DNA of 64,000 nucleotides from Patescibacteria group bacterium (lineage in GTDB: Bacteria; Patescibacteriota; Minisyncoccia; Moranbacterales; UBA9337), in the NCBI GenBank assembly GCA_042569905.1, contig JBHPHA010000003.1, positions 2,471-66,470 on the forward strand. Direction: 5' to 3'. Shown in pieces: positions 8,018-17,534 of the stretch (position 1 is the first letter of the stretch; every line of letters starts with the position of its first letter). The notes beneath the pieces are model-generated. The model saw nothing but the letters and a program-made list of their open reading frames with translations. It was not told the DNA's origin and made no database searches. The translations under genes were made by a program, and so were the position numbers.

Positions 8018-8162
8018 CCACGGGGTTTTTCGGGAGTGTTATTTTTATCCATTCTATCTTTAAATTTCTAAATTTGTATGAGATATTTATAATTCGTATA
8101 TTAAAAAACTCCCCAGGATCTTTATAGATCTCTCGGGGAGTATGATTATTCTCTGACATTTG

Positions 8163-9593
8163 TTAGCCAAAGTTTTTAAGTGCTTTGGTTAATCTCCTGG
8201 CGAATGTGGACCGCAAGTTTTCTTGCAGCGTAATATGTCCAGTTTCAGCAGCTATGTCACTATCACGATACAACCATTCGATAAACAGAGCCAGGCCATT
8301 GGAGTACGATGAAAGATAGGGATTGTCAATTTGATTAAGATCACCAGTAAAAATCATCTTAGACCCTTCCCCAATTCTTGTAGCAATTGTCTTCATTTCA
8401 TGAGACGTCAGATTTTGAGCCTCGTCAATCAAGATTATGCTCCTTCGAATTGTTCTTCCACGAATGTACTGCAGGGGCTCAAAAACGAGAATGCCTTTTT
8501 TGATTAAATCGTTGACTGAATAGGGGAATAAATCATTATCATCAGCTGCTTTTTTGTTGAATTCTGCAATCAGAAATTCAAGGTTGTCGATAATCGGTTG
8601 CATCCAATGACTCATTTTTTCATCCTTATTCCCAGGCAAAAAACCAAAGTCTTTCCCCATTGGAATCAAAGGGCGAGAGACATAAATTTTTTCAAATATG
8701 GGATCTTCACGCCCCTCAATTACTCTCGCAGAAGCATTGAAAATGGATTCCAAAGCATAAGCCATAGCCAAAAGAGTTTTACCAGTACCCGCCTCGCCCG
8801 TCAGTGTAATTAAACTAATATCAGGATCTAACAATAAATTTGCGGCCATCAATTGTTGAACGTTACGCGGTCTGATGCTAAAGATATCTTTAACAATATC
8901 AGGCACCACAGCTGCATAGTCACCACCATCAACAATTCCAATTCCAGAATGCTTTGAATTGCCTTCATCCTTCAGTATTACAAATTGATTTTTACGAAGC
9001 CTCAATTCTGAAGACAAAACAATTCCGGAATCCTTATAGAAGTCGTCGATCTCTTGAGCGGAAACCTCAATCTCTTTAAATCCAGTATATGAACTCTCCT
9101 TTCTTAGTTCTGGTTTTCTCCCAAGGTCATCAAAATCATCGTCCTTAATCCCTAAAGACCAAGCTTTCAGTCCAGCATTGACATCTTGGGTGATGAAAAT
9201 AACTTCTCGTTCACTGTGCTTACCTTGAAGATATTTAGCAACTGCTAAAATCCAGTTATCATTAACACTCGTCTCCAGATTGCAGTCCTTCATCACTTTT
9301 AAAATATCCTCGTGATGATTAATCAAAATAAAGAGATTTCCTCCTCCGCTCAAAGGAATTGGATCTCCAAAGTTTACACCTTTTCTTTTTTTGTTTATAA
9401 ACCGTGAGACTTCCCGAGCAGTTCTTTTGAGATCTTCTCTGTCTTTGTATTTTTTAACCTTATCGAGTTCTTCAATGACAGTCATTGGAAGATAGACATC
9501 GTTGTCTCCAAAAGCATCAATAGCTCCTGGACTATGCAGCAAAACATTCGTATCAAGTACAAATATTTTTCTTTCTTTAGGAAGTGTCGTCAT
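8163..9593 (-). CDS. PIN-domain / PhoH-like ATPase fusion (PhoH2-type)
   Basis: N-terminal PIN-like FVLDTNVLLH. Walker A GEAGTGKT and Walker B ILIDEAQN in the PhoH-like C-terminal half. Confidence 0.8.
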   Translation of the reverse strand: MTTLPKERKIFVLDTNVLLHSPGAIDAFGDNDVYLPMTVIEELDKVKKYKDREDLKRTAREVSRFINKKRKGVNFGDPIPLSGGGNLFILINHHEDILKVMKDCNLETSVNDNWILAVAKYLQGKHSEREVIFITQDVNAGLKAWSLGIKDDDFDDLGRKPELRKESSYTGFKEIEVSAQEIDDFYKDSGIVLSSELRLRKNQFVILKDEGNSKHSGIGIVDGGDYAAVVPDIVKDIFSIRPRNVQQLMAANLLLDPDISLITLTGEAGTGKTLLAMAYALESIFNASARVIEGREDPIFEKIYVSRPLIPMGKDFGFLPGNKDEKMSHWMQPIIDNLEFLIAEFNKKAADDNDLFPYSVNDLIKKGILVFEPLQYIRGRTIRRSIILIDEAQNLTSHEMKTIATRIGEGSKMIFTGDLNQIDNPYLSSYSNGLALFIEWLYRDSDIAAETGHITLQENLRSTFARRLTKALKNFG

Positions 9594-9800
9594 TTCTGAC
9601 TCCTTGTGTTGAATTTAAGGTTACTATTCTCCTTCTTGTATTTAATTCAAGAAGGAAGTATCCTGGTATAAAAAATAAAAACCTCCATGGTTGAGTTGGT
9701 AAACTTTTTTTATTGTAAACGTGCTAAATAATATATGAATGGAGTATACTTCAAAACAGACATTAAATCAATCCCCCGCCCCCATTTTCTTTGTAAAATA

Positions 9801-9832
9801 AAAAGGAGTCCGCATTTGCGAATCTCCTTTTG
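9801..9832 (-). terminator. terminator hairpin flanked by A and T runs
   Basis: AAAAGGAG...CTCCTTTT with an inner CCGCA/TGCG stem, downstream of 9851..10495. Confidence 0.6.
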
Positions 9833-9850
9833 AGTTTCCTGTTGTATTAC

Positions 9851-10495
9851 TTATTTAATTTTAGCAATTAAAAACTCTGCATCGCCGAAAAAGATATTGT
9901 TATTCGATTCTTCAAGGCTAAGATAGTAGCGCTCAGACCTTCTCTCGAAAACTATTTTGTAATATCCTCTACGACAACCAAATACCGCGCAGTGAATCTT
10001 GTTTTCAGGAAGATCCTTTTCTCTACCTGCAAGCGATACAACAAACGCAAGCATTTCATTTAACTCAAAAACATCGAAGTTATGATGTTTTTTTAATTGA
10101 AGAAAGTGCTCAACTTCAATTTCTTCAGGACACAGTTCCTGCAATGGAATTAATGCCACATTGAGATTGAACCTATTAGTTTCTGATTCTTGGCCTAAGT
10201 ACTCGTCATTCAATAATTCGAATAATTTTGAGAGTCCTAAATTACGTATTCCTCCGAAATGTATATGTTCTGTATCATGCAGAATAAGATGCTTTATGAC
10301 TCTCAGCGAACACTCTTCTTGCATATTCATTGCCTTAAGCTCTAGCGGCGGCAAAACTTGGATCATCCGTTTTTTAAATCCGTCCATACCTCGACACTGC
10401 CTTAGAAGATCAATGTCTTTTTCAGAAATGAAAGGAGCCACGTTTTTTGTAAAAAATGCAATTAACTCCATAACGTACTTCAGTCTCTTTCTCAT
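9851..10495 (-). CDS. hypothetical protein (214 aa)
   Basis: Long ORF with GGGAG upstream. No motif recognised. Confidence 0.55.
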   Translation of the reverse strand: MRKRLKYVMELIAFFTKNVAPFISEKDIDLLRQCRGMDGFKKRMIQVLPPLELKAMNMQEECSLRVIKHLILHDTEHIHFGGIRNLGLSKLFELLNDEYLGQESETNRFNLNVALIPLQELCPEEIEVEHFLQLKKHHNFDVFELNEMLAFVVSLAGREKDLPENKIHCAVFGCRRGYYKIVFERRSERYYLSLEESNNNIFFGDAEFLIAKIK

Positions 10496-10549
10496 GATAA
10501 TTCTCCCGTTGTGTTGTTGCAGTGTTTTTTGAATTGCTGTTTTAAAGGA

Positions 10550-10588
10550 CTAATATACAATATTAGCATAATATTGATGTTTTGTCAA
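10550..10588 (-). promoter_or_regulatory. promoter with a palindrome overlapping the -10
   Basis: TTGACA (10583..10588), 17 nt, TAATAT (10560..10565). Perfect palindrome CTAATAT-TGT-ATATTAG at 10550..10566. Paralogous to 11183..11221. Confidence 0.55.
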
Positions 10589-10617
10589 TCAAAAATTGCG
10601 AATCTCCTTATCGAAAA

Positions 10618-11124
10618 TTATACAGGATATGGAAAATATCTACCGATGGTCCTTTTTATCCATCTTTTTACCCTGCTTTCCGAGGGTGGCCTTGGAGTGC
10701 AAGCTATGAAATAACACACCGCAACAAGTAATCCTTTTGCTATGACTATAAATATGCCTCCCTTTGCAATGACTACAGCATCTGCTGCAAACATAGCTAT
10801 CGCACCATACCTCGATTGATAGAAAGTAGCCAGCTCATTTGCTACGTGTTTATAATTTTCCTCAAAAGAACCCTCGGCTTTTAAGCTGCCGAGGAATAGA
10901 AGAATACAGAGGATCAAATGTAATCCTGCTAAACTACTGAGAGCAACAGTTGCTGGAGTTCCCTCAACATGACCTACGTCGATGTAGAATTGTAGGCAAA
11001 TGAGGTAAAACATTATTACATTAATCAATTTTGCCCAGAAGAAATTATTAACCCCCACTAAGTCATCTGTCCAGTGAGAAAACTTCTGAAACCCATTTAA
11101 TGCCCAAGTATCAAAACCTCTCAT
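10618..11124 (-). CDS. membrane protein (168 aa)
   Basis: About four hydrophobic helices. GGGGAGG Shine-Dalgarno sequence. Confidence 0.6.
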   Translation of the reverse strand: MRGFDTWALNGFQKFSHWTDDLVGVNNFFWAKLINVIMFYLICLQFYIDVGHVEGTPATVALSSLAGLHLILCILLFLGSLKAEGSFEENYKHVANELATFYQSRYGAIAMFAADAVVIAKGGIFIVIAKGLLVAVCYFIACTPRPPSESRVKRWIKRTIGRYFPYPV

Positions 11125-11182
11125 AATAACTACCTCCCCTTTGCATAATTTACTTGATTATGAATTTTTCTTTTAAAAAGAA

Positions 11183-11221
11183 CTAATACACAATATTATC
11201 ATATTTTCGATACGTTGTCAA
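11183..11221 (-). promoter_or_regulatory. promoter paralogous to 10550..10588
   Basis: TTGACA, 17 nt, TAATAT, followed by TGTGTATTAGTTC (an imperfect version of the palindrome). Confidence 0.55.
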
Positions 11222-11223
11222 GC

Positions 11224-11250
11224 AAAAACCCCGTTTTTTAGGCGGGGTTT
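11224..11250 (-). terminator. rho-independent terminator
   Basis: AACCCCG / CGGGGTT stem followed by TTTTT on the minus strand. Confidence 0.6.
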
Positions 11251-11297
11251 AGTGATGTTGACTAATTATTTCTTATCGTTACTATACTGTATTAAAT

Positions 11298-11420
11298 TTA
11301 GTACACCAATAATGCCACAGAATGAATAATAATACCAACAAACATGGACACCGCCAAAATAACCTCGTCGATATTTGAATCAGCAAATACAGGAGGAAGT
11401 CCAACTGAAAAAGATATCAT
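11298..11420 (-). CDS. possible 40-aa hydrophobic peptide whose start overlaps the alaS stop
   Basis: The ATG (11418..11420) shares one nucleotide with the alaS TAA (TAATG). Product MISFSVGLPPVFADSNIDEVILAVSMFVGIIIHSVALLVY. Confidence 0.25.
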   Translation of the reverse strand: MISFSVGLPPVFADSNIDEVILAVSMFVGIIIHSVALLVY

Positions 11421-13339
11421 TACGTTAGGATTGCTTTAATTCTTCGAACTCCTGCTCCAGAGGATTGTTCTTTTTTGATTTTGAATATTCCAAGCTCGCT
11501 TGTGTTTTTGATGTGTGGTCCTCCACAAATTTCACATGAGAAGGTTTCTTTTTCATCTCCAACTGTGTAGACTTTTACTTTTTCACCATATTTTGAATCA
11601 AATACTCCAACTGCTCCTTTTGCCTTTGCTTCATCAATAGGCATTTCCTCAACCATGACTGGGAATTTCTTTTTGATGATTTCATTAACCAGCTCTTCAA
11701 CTTCTTGCTTCTGTCCATCAGTCATCTTCTCATCATGAGAAAAGTCAAAACGAAGCCTCTCAGCAGTAATATTTGATCCTCGTTGCTCGACATGAGTTCC
11801 AAGTACAACTCTAAGCGCCGCAAGCATCAAATGGGCCACTGTATGAAGCTTTTTGGTCTCTTCTCCACTATCTGCTAATCCACCCTTAAACTTCCCCGCT
11901 GAGGCTGTTTTTGAGAGTTCTTGATGCTTTTTAAGTCTTCTTTTGAATTCCTCCTCATAAGCTCTTAGATTTCTCTTACCTAGCTCCTCTTGTATCATCT
12001 CAAAAGGAAATCCGTATGTTTGATATAGATCAAAAACTTTCTCAGGATCAACATCCTTGCCTACTACTGGATGATACTCATCAGATTCTAATACTTTTGA
12101 CCCTATTGGATACAATTTATTTAAAATTCTTAAGCCTTTCTCAAGTGTCCGCCCAAACTTAATTTCTTCTTTCTTTAGTTCGTCTAAAATAAACTCTGAA
12201 TTCTTTTCCAATTCAGGATAAGCCTCCTTATATTCATCAATCACAATCTGAGCTAAGTGATTTGCCCAAGTTTCTTTTTCAATTTCAAGAGTTTTTCCAT
12301 GGCGAATTGCTCTTCGAATTAGTCTTCGAACAACATATCCTTGATCTTTGTTTGATGGAGCAATTCCCTTGTCATCTCCCATAATGAAAGTTGCGGCTTT
12401 GATGTGATCAGCAATTACTCTCATTGATTTCTTCACGTCATCAGAATCACCATACTTCTTCTTCGAAAGCCATTCAATTTTTTCGATAATTGCATATAAG
12501 GAATCTATTTTAAACATATCAGGATCACCGTTTTTTGCTGCTGTAATTCTTTCTAGTCCTCCACCAAAGTCAATATTTCCTTTTGGTAAAGCTTCAAAAC
12601 CTTTTTCAGTCTTGATATATTGCATGAAAACATTATTTCCAATTTCCAAGAATCGTCCACAATCACAATTAACATGACACGGTTCATCTTTGAATTCAGA
12701 TTTTTCATGAAGACCAAGATCCTCACCAAAGTCCCAAAACATCTCACTATCTGGTCCTCCAGGTTCACCTACTGGCATGTTACCAGTAACACCTGCACGA
12801 GACCACCAGTTTTTCCCTTCGTCATAGTAGAAAATCTTTCCACCTTGCATTCCCTTTTCCTCTGAGAAATCAACATCCTTAGCTTCGATTCCAGCTTCAG
12901 AAAATTCTTTTTTCCAAAAATCAACGGCCTCAGTGTCACGAGAGATACCTATTTCATCATTACCACGAAAAACGGTTATATAAAGATTTTTTGGATCTAG
13001 TCCAATTTCTTTTATTAAGAATTCAAATATCCAAGATATCTGATCCTTTTTAGAATAGTCTCCAAGGCTCCAATTACCCAACATTTCAAATAATGTTGTA
13101 TGCCGATTGTCTCCAACTTCCTCAATGTCCTGTGCTCTAAAGCATTTTTGTGAATCAGTAATCCGTGTTCCCAATGGATGTTTTTCTCCCAATAGATATG
13201 GAACCATCGGTTGCATCCCTGATCCAGTAAACAATGTTGTCGGGTCATTTTGCGGCATTAAAGAATCCGAAGGGATTATGACATGTCCCTTCGATTCAAA
13301 AAACTTTAAATATTTCTCTCTAATTTCACTTGCTTTCAT
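11420..13339 (-). CDS. alaS: alanine--tRNA ligase, short form (639 aa)
   Basis: N-terminus MKASEIREKYLKFFESKGH..PS.SL...DPT.LF..SGM. Editing-domain HTVAHLM and CGGPH motifs. Confidence 0.9.
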   Translation of the reverse strand: MKASEIREKYLKFFESKGHVIIPSDSLMPQNDPTTLFTGSGMQPMVPYLLGEKHPLGTRITDSQKCFRAQDIEEVGDNRHTTLFEMLGNWSLGDYSKKDQISWIFEFLIKEIGLDPKNLYITVFRGNDEIGISRDTEAVDFWKKEFSEAGIEAKDVDFSEEKGMQGGKIFYYDEGKNWWSRAGVTGNMPVGEPGGPDSEMFWDFGEDLGLHEKSEFKDEPCHVNCDCGRFLEIGNNVFMQYIKTEKGFEALPKGNIDFGGGLERITAAKNGDPDMFKIDSLYAIIEKIEWLSKKKYGDSDDVKKSMRVIADHIKAATFIMGDDKGIAPSNKDQGYVVRRLIRRAIRHGKTLEIEKETWANHLAQIVIDEYKEAYPELEKNSEFILDELKKEEIKFGRTLEKGLRILNKLYPIGSKVLESDEYHPVVGKDVDPEKVFDLYQTYGFPFEMIQEELGKRNLRAYEEEFKRRLKKHQELSKTASAGKFKGGLADSGEETKKLHTVAHLMLAALRVVLGTHVEQRGSNITAERLRFDFSHDEKMTDGQKQEVEELVNEIIKKKFPVMVEEMPIDEAKAKGAVGVFDSKYGEKVKVYTVGDEKETFSCEICGGPHIKNTSELGIFKIKKEQSSGAGVRRIKAILT

Positions 13340-13364
13340 ATGTAAACAATAAATTCAAAAATAA

Positions 13365-13601
13365 TTATTCCCTTGTCATAGCAGTTAACGCATCCTTAAC
13401 ATTGCGATCACTAACATAAAGACCATTGGTTCTTAATTCTACTCCTAGCAGTCTAATTGCTTCTTCAGCTTCCATTTCACCCCTGCCTAATTTACGTTCT
13501 ATATCTCGAATCCTTCCTTCTTGTCCACTATTTAAGCCTCCCTTGTCCTTATCATCTACAAATTTTTTTACATCATTTAATACTGGCAAATTTACGATCA
13601 T
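13365..13601 (-). CDS. small hypothetical protein (78 aa)
   Basis: ORF only. Confidence 0.4.
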   Translation of the reverse strand: MIVNLPVLNDVKKFVDDKDKGGLNSGQEGRIRDIERKLGRGEMEAEEAIRLLGVELRTNGLYVSDRNVKDALTAMTRE

Positions 13602-13636
13602 TTAATAAACTCATATTTTTATTTTATTTAAAAAAA

Positions 13637-13975
13637 TTATCTTCTAGATCTCATTATTCTAAGTTCTTTTTCCAGAGCTCTTTTCTCATCAACAAGTTCA
13701 TCAAGCTTTTTTGTAAAACTTTTGAATTCTTGCTCTTCGATTCTTAGCTCATCAGTTTCTTTCTTTTGCTCTTTCTCCATGGCTTCGATTTCAACGCGTA
13801 ATCGCTCCTGTTCTTTTTTTATTTTCTTAAGATCCTCCTCTTCCATTTTTTTCTCAGTATCCATTCTTCGGAGCTTGCTTTTTATCTCAAAAAGACTTTT
13901 TTCTTTCTGAAGAATCTCTCTTCTATTTTTCTCTCTTGCATCATCTCCTGCACCATCTTGTGAGCCGTAAGCCAT
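13637..13975 (-). CDS. coiled-coil, Lys/Glu-rich hypothetical protein
   Basis: Charged heptad-like sequence. The start is moved to the ATG at 13975 to avoid overlapping mnmA. Confidence 0.45.
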   Translation of the reverse strand: MAYGSQDGAGDDAREKNRREILQKEKSLFEIKSKLRRMDTEKKMEEEDLKKIKKEQERLRVEIEAMEKEQKKETDELRIEEQEFKSFTKKLDELVDEKRALEKELRIMRSRR

Positions 13976-14000
13976 ATTTTTATTTTTAATTATATTATTT

Positions 14001-15050
14001 TTAATTGATGATTCCTCCTCCAATAACCTCTTCGTTTTTTCCATAAAATACTGCTGACTGACCAGGTGTTACTGCTTTTTGCGGATTACTAAACTCTACT
14101 TTGAAAAAATGCTTAGAGTTTTCTTCCGGGGTTATAGTAGCTTTTATGGGTGAAGTTCGGTATCTAATTTTAACATAAGCTTCTAGTGGAAACCTCACAT
14201 CATCAGAAATCCAATTAACATTGCTAACAATCATATCACTTCTGTGTAGTGCTTCACTATCCGAATCATTTGTAACAATAATTCTATTTGTTTCAGAATC
14301 TTTTCCTGCTACGTAATAAGGTCCTCTTCCACCTAAGTTTATTCCTCTTCTTTGTCCTATTGTATAGAAAGGTAGACCTGCATGTCTCCCTAATATGCTT
14401 CCATCATCGCCTACAATATCACCGTCTTCTATTTCCAGATGATCTTCAAGAAATCTTCTAAAGTTACCATTTTGAATAAAGCAAATATCTTGTGATTCTG
14501 GCTTTTGAGCAACAGGCAAGTTTTCTTCATAAGCAATTTCTCTAATTTCATCTTTTGTGTATTCGCCTAAGGGGAAAATTATCTTTTTCAATTGACCCTT
14601 TGTTAGTCCGTATAGAAAATAGCTCTGATCTTTATTCTTATCGACTGCTTGATAAAGTTTTCCATCCTTAATCTGAGAATAATGACCAGTAGCAACAACG
14701 TCACAATTAAACATCTCTAATGCTCCCAGAAGAATCTTAAACTTCATTGATGGATTACAAATCACACAAGGATTAGGGGTTCTTCCCTCTTGAAACTCCC
14801 TTAAGAAATTATTCACAACTTCTCTCTTGAATTCAGATCTGGCGTCTATCTTGTGCAGTTCTATCCCAAGAATTTTTGCTACTTTTTTAGCATCTTCATA
14901 GCCATTGTTTTTGTCAGATTCGTTTTTCCAAAAATCTAAATACACCCCGATTACTTCGTAGCCTTTCTTTTGAAGCAATCTGGCTGTGACAGAAGAATCA
15001 ACTCCTCCTGACATTCCTACAATAACTTTTATTTTTGAATGTTTTTCCAT
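14001..15050 (-). CDS. mnmA: tRNA-specific 2-thiouridylase
   Basis: PP-loop VGMSGGVDSSV. Conserved NPCxxCN and SQDICF-like motifs. Confidence 0.9.
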   Translation of the reverse strand: MEKHSKIKVIVGMSGGVDSSVTARLLQKKGYEVIGVYLDFWKNESDKNNGYEDAKKVAKILGIELHKIDARSEFKREVVNNFLREFQEGRTPNPCVICNPSMKFKILLGALEMFNCDVVATGHYSQIKDGKLYQAVDKNKDQSYFLYGLTKGQLKKIIFPLGEYTKDEIREIAYEENLPVAQKPESQDICFIQNGNFRRFLEDHLEIEDGDIVGDDGSILGRHAGLPFYTIGQRRGINLGGRGPYYVAGKDSETNRIIVTNDSDSEALHRSDMIVSNVNWISDDVRFPLEAYVKIRYRTSPIKATITPEENSKHFFKVEFSNPQKAVTPGQSAVFYGKNEEVIGGGIIN

Positions 15051-15184
15051 ATCTTTACTTTAGCAAAAATACCAAAAATATCAATGGTCTTATTTTTATT
15101 CAGCATTCTTTTGCGTTGATTTTTATCCTTTTTTAAGATAAAATAAAGATAATTATAAATAGTTTAAAACTATCTGATTTTTTT

Positions 15185-15415
15185 ATGTTTAAATTAGTAA
15201 AAAATATTATCCTACTCATCGGACTATTTGTAGTAGCTACATTCGTTCTAGGCTATATGGGATATGAAGTAAACACTCATTACTTCAATGAACGAAAAGA
15301 TGCATGTCATCAGAAATTGAAAGAGTGTCAGAAAAATTTAATTAAAGAAGGACTCAATAACGTTAAGTGTGATTTTAAATGTGTTGACCCTAAGTTAATA
15401 ATAAGAGAGAAATAA
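15185..15415 (+). CDS. small single-pass membrane protein
   Basis: 76 aa with an N-terminal hydrophobic helix. Confidence 0.45.
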   Translation: MFKLVKNIILLIGLFVVATFVLGYMGYEVNTHYFNERKDACHQKLKECQKNLIKEGLNNVKCDFKCVDPKLIIREK

Positions 15416-15440
15416 CTCAAGTAATTATAAACTAAAATAT

Positions 15441-16394
15441 ATGAGATTAATCGTAAATTTGCCAGCATTAAATGAAGAAGAAAAAATTGGGCAAACAATA
15501 AAAAGAATACCACGAAGTATCGCGGGTGTAGATGAAGTTTTAGTACAAGTAATCGATGATGGGTCTACTGATAAAACTGCTTCAATAAGCAAAGAAGCTG
15601 GAGCTGATTTTGTCGTTTCGCACGGAATCAATAGAGGGATTGGAGTAACATTTCGAACAGCTGTGGAAAACGCACTAGAGAATGGAGCAGATATTATGGT
15701 AAACATTGATGCAGATGGTCAGTTTGATCCGAATGATATTGAAGAGATGATTACCCCTGTTGTTAATAATGAGAAGGATATGGTAATTGCGGATAGATTT
15801 GGAAAGTACAAAGCAAAAGATATTCCTTGGGTAAAAGAGTTCTTGAATAAATTTGCAGCTAAACTTGTAGGGTTATTTATGCAGGTTGATATTAAGGATC
15901 TGACTTGTGGGTTCCGTGCTCTTAATAAGGAAACAATGATGCGCTTAAATCTTCCAGGAGGATTTACTTATACTCAAGAAACAATTATTGATGCACTTGG
16001 TAAGAATCTAAAGCTACAATGGCTTCCAGTGAAAGTAACTTATTACGCTGATAGAAAATCAAGAGTGGTTAAGAGTATATTTGGATTCGTTAATAATAGT
16101 TTTAAAATCATCTTAAAAGCTATTAGAGATGTTCGCCCAATGAAATTTTTTGGAATCCCTGGAATTGCATTAATGCTTGTAGCATTTGCTATTTTTATAG
16201 TATTTTTATTTTTCTACTTCCAAGAGTTTAAAATCTCCCCATACAGAAACTATCTACTAGTCTCAATAACCTTCTTGTTAGTAGGACTTCAATTTATCAT
16301 ATTCTCTCTTGTGGCAGATATGATTAAAAACAACAGGAAGCTTACTGAGGATCAAATGTACCTAATGAAAAAAGAGAGATATTCTAAAAAATAA
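15441..16394 (+). CDS. family 2 glycosyltransferase with C-terminal transmembrane helices
   Basis: IDDGSTDKT and DADGQ motifs. Two C-terminal hydrophobic helices. Confidence 0.8.
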   Translation: MRLIVNLPALNEEEKIGQTIKRIPRSIAGVDEVLVQVIDDGSTDKTASISKEAGADFVVSHGINRGIGVTFRTAVENALENGADIMVNIDADGQFDPNDIEEMITPVVNNEKDMVIADRFGKYKAKDIPWVKEFLNKFAAKLVGLFMQVDIKDLTCGFRALNKETMMRLNLPGGFTYTQETIIDALGKNLKLQWLPVKVTYYADRKSRVVKSIFGFVNNSFKIILKAIRDVRPMKFFGIPGIALMLVAFAIFIVFLFFYFQEFKISPYRNYLLVSITFLLVGLQFIIFSLVADMIKNNRKLTEDQMYLMKKERYSKK

Positions 16395-16427
16395 TATTGA
16401 TTTAAAATAAAAATTACAGACAAATCT

Positions 16428-17516
16428 ATGGACAATGATAAAAAAATGAAAATCCTGTTTATTTCCAGAGCCTACCCTCCTGTTATTGGAGGTATTGAAA
16501 ATCAGAACTACGAATTATCTCAGTGGCTTCCTAAGTATGCTGAAGTGAAAACTATTATTAATACTAGAGGAAAGAAATTTCTTCCCGTGTTTTTCCCTTA
16601 TGCTACTGTCAAAGCAATTGCTGATGCCCGAGATTGCGATGCAATCCTACTTGGAGATGGTGTGCTTGCTTCTATCGGATGGTTATTGAAGATTATTACA
16701 AAAAAACCAGTTATTTCAGTTGTACATGGACTTGATCTTACCTATGATTTAGCATTATATCAAAAATTATGGGTAAATTTTTTCATTCCTAGAATGGATA
16801 AGCTTATTGCAGTTGGCAATACAACTATTGAAGAAGGTGTTAAAAGAAATATTCCGGAAGAAAAGTTTGTTTTTATCCCTAATGGAGTTGATCCTGAATC
16901 ACTTATCGGCAATTACTCTCGTAAGGATTTAGAGAAAATTACTAAACTAGACCTTCAAGGTAGGAAAATAATCCTCACATTAGGAAGGCTCGCAAAAAGA
17001 AAAGGAGTTGCGTGGTTTGTTGAAAATGTAGTACCAAAATTAGATGCAAATGTGATGTATTTAATTGCGGGAGACGGAGTAGATAAGGATAATATCAAAA
17101 AGGCTATCGTGGAGAATAAATTAGAGAAAAGAGTAAAGTTATTTACCAATATCAGTAATGGAGAGAAGAAGGTCCTATATAACACTGCAGACTTATTTGT
17201 GCAGCCTAATATAAAGATTGAGGGTGATATGGAAGGATTTGGCTTAGTTGTATTGGAAGCCGCTTCGTGTGAAAGAGTCGTTCTTGTTTCTCAGCTAGAG
17301 GGACTTAAGGATGCTATTATTCCTGGAAAGAATGGTTTTTTGGCTGAATCTGGAAATGCAGAGCAGTATTTAAAAAAGATTAATGCTCTTCTTTCAGAGG
17401 ATGAGCTTAGATTGAACTTTGGAAAACAAGCTCGAAAATATGTGAAAGAAAATTACAGTTGGAAAAATATTGCAAAGGAATACATGGATGAGATTAAAAA
17501 AAATATTAGTAACTAA
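16428..17516 (+). CDS. GT-B (family 4-like) glycosyltransferase
   Basis: EGFGLVVLEAASCERVVL motif. N-terminal KILFISRAYPP.IGG. Confidence 0.8.
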   Translation: MDNDKKMKILFISRAYPPVIGGIENQNYELSQWLPKYAEVKTIINTRGKKFLPVFFPYATVKAIADARDCDAILLGDGVLASIGWLLKIITKKPVISVVHGLDLTYDLALYQKLWVNFFIPRMDKLIAVGNTTIEEGVKRNIPEEKFVFIPNGVDPESLIGNYSRKDLEKITKLDLQGRKIILTLGRLAKRKGVAWFVENVVPKLDANVMYLIAGDGVDKDNIKKAIVENKLEKRVKLFTNISNGEKKVLYNTADLFVQPNIKIEGDMEGFGLVVLEAASCERVVLVSQLEGLKDAIIPGKNGFLAESGNAEQYLKKINALLSEDELRLNFGKQARKYVKENYSWKNIAKEYMDEIKKNISN

Positions 17517-17534
17517 TTATTATTTAATAAGTAT

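Noticed and set aside
7095-8162. CRISPR array, oriC or dif site in the AT-rich tract
   Set aside because: There are no regularly spaced direct repeats. Only partial DnaA-box-like strings occur (TTATCCAT at 8045, TTATCCGTG at 7251) and no dnaA or dnaN is nearby. No convincing XerCD-type palindrome was found by eye. The question is kept only as low-interest.
9770-9790. G/C-rich CCCCGCCC motif in three intergenic regions (9773, 32463, 34371)
   Set aside because: It is short. Two of the three copies lie inside homologous tRNA-Trp-array repeats, so they are not independent. Significance cannot be assessed by eye.
10161-10714. Plus-strand ORFs 10161..10532 and 10511..10714, and similar antisense ORFs (8598..8813, 12620..12865, 13107..13352, 13457..13910, 21488..22300, 27908..28177, 29131..29505, 33980..34267, 34681..35338, 40402..40815, 43637..44047, 48619..48990, 50722..51195, 52578..52883)
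   Set aside because: All are embedded antisense in longer, motif-supported or better-initiated genes.
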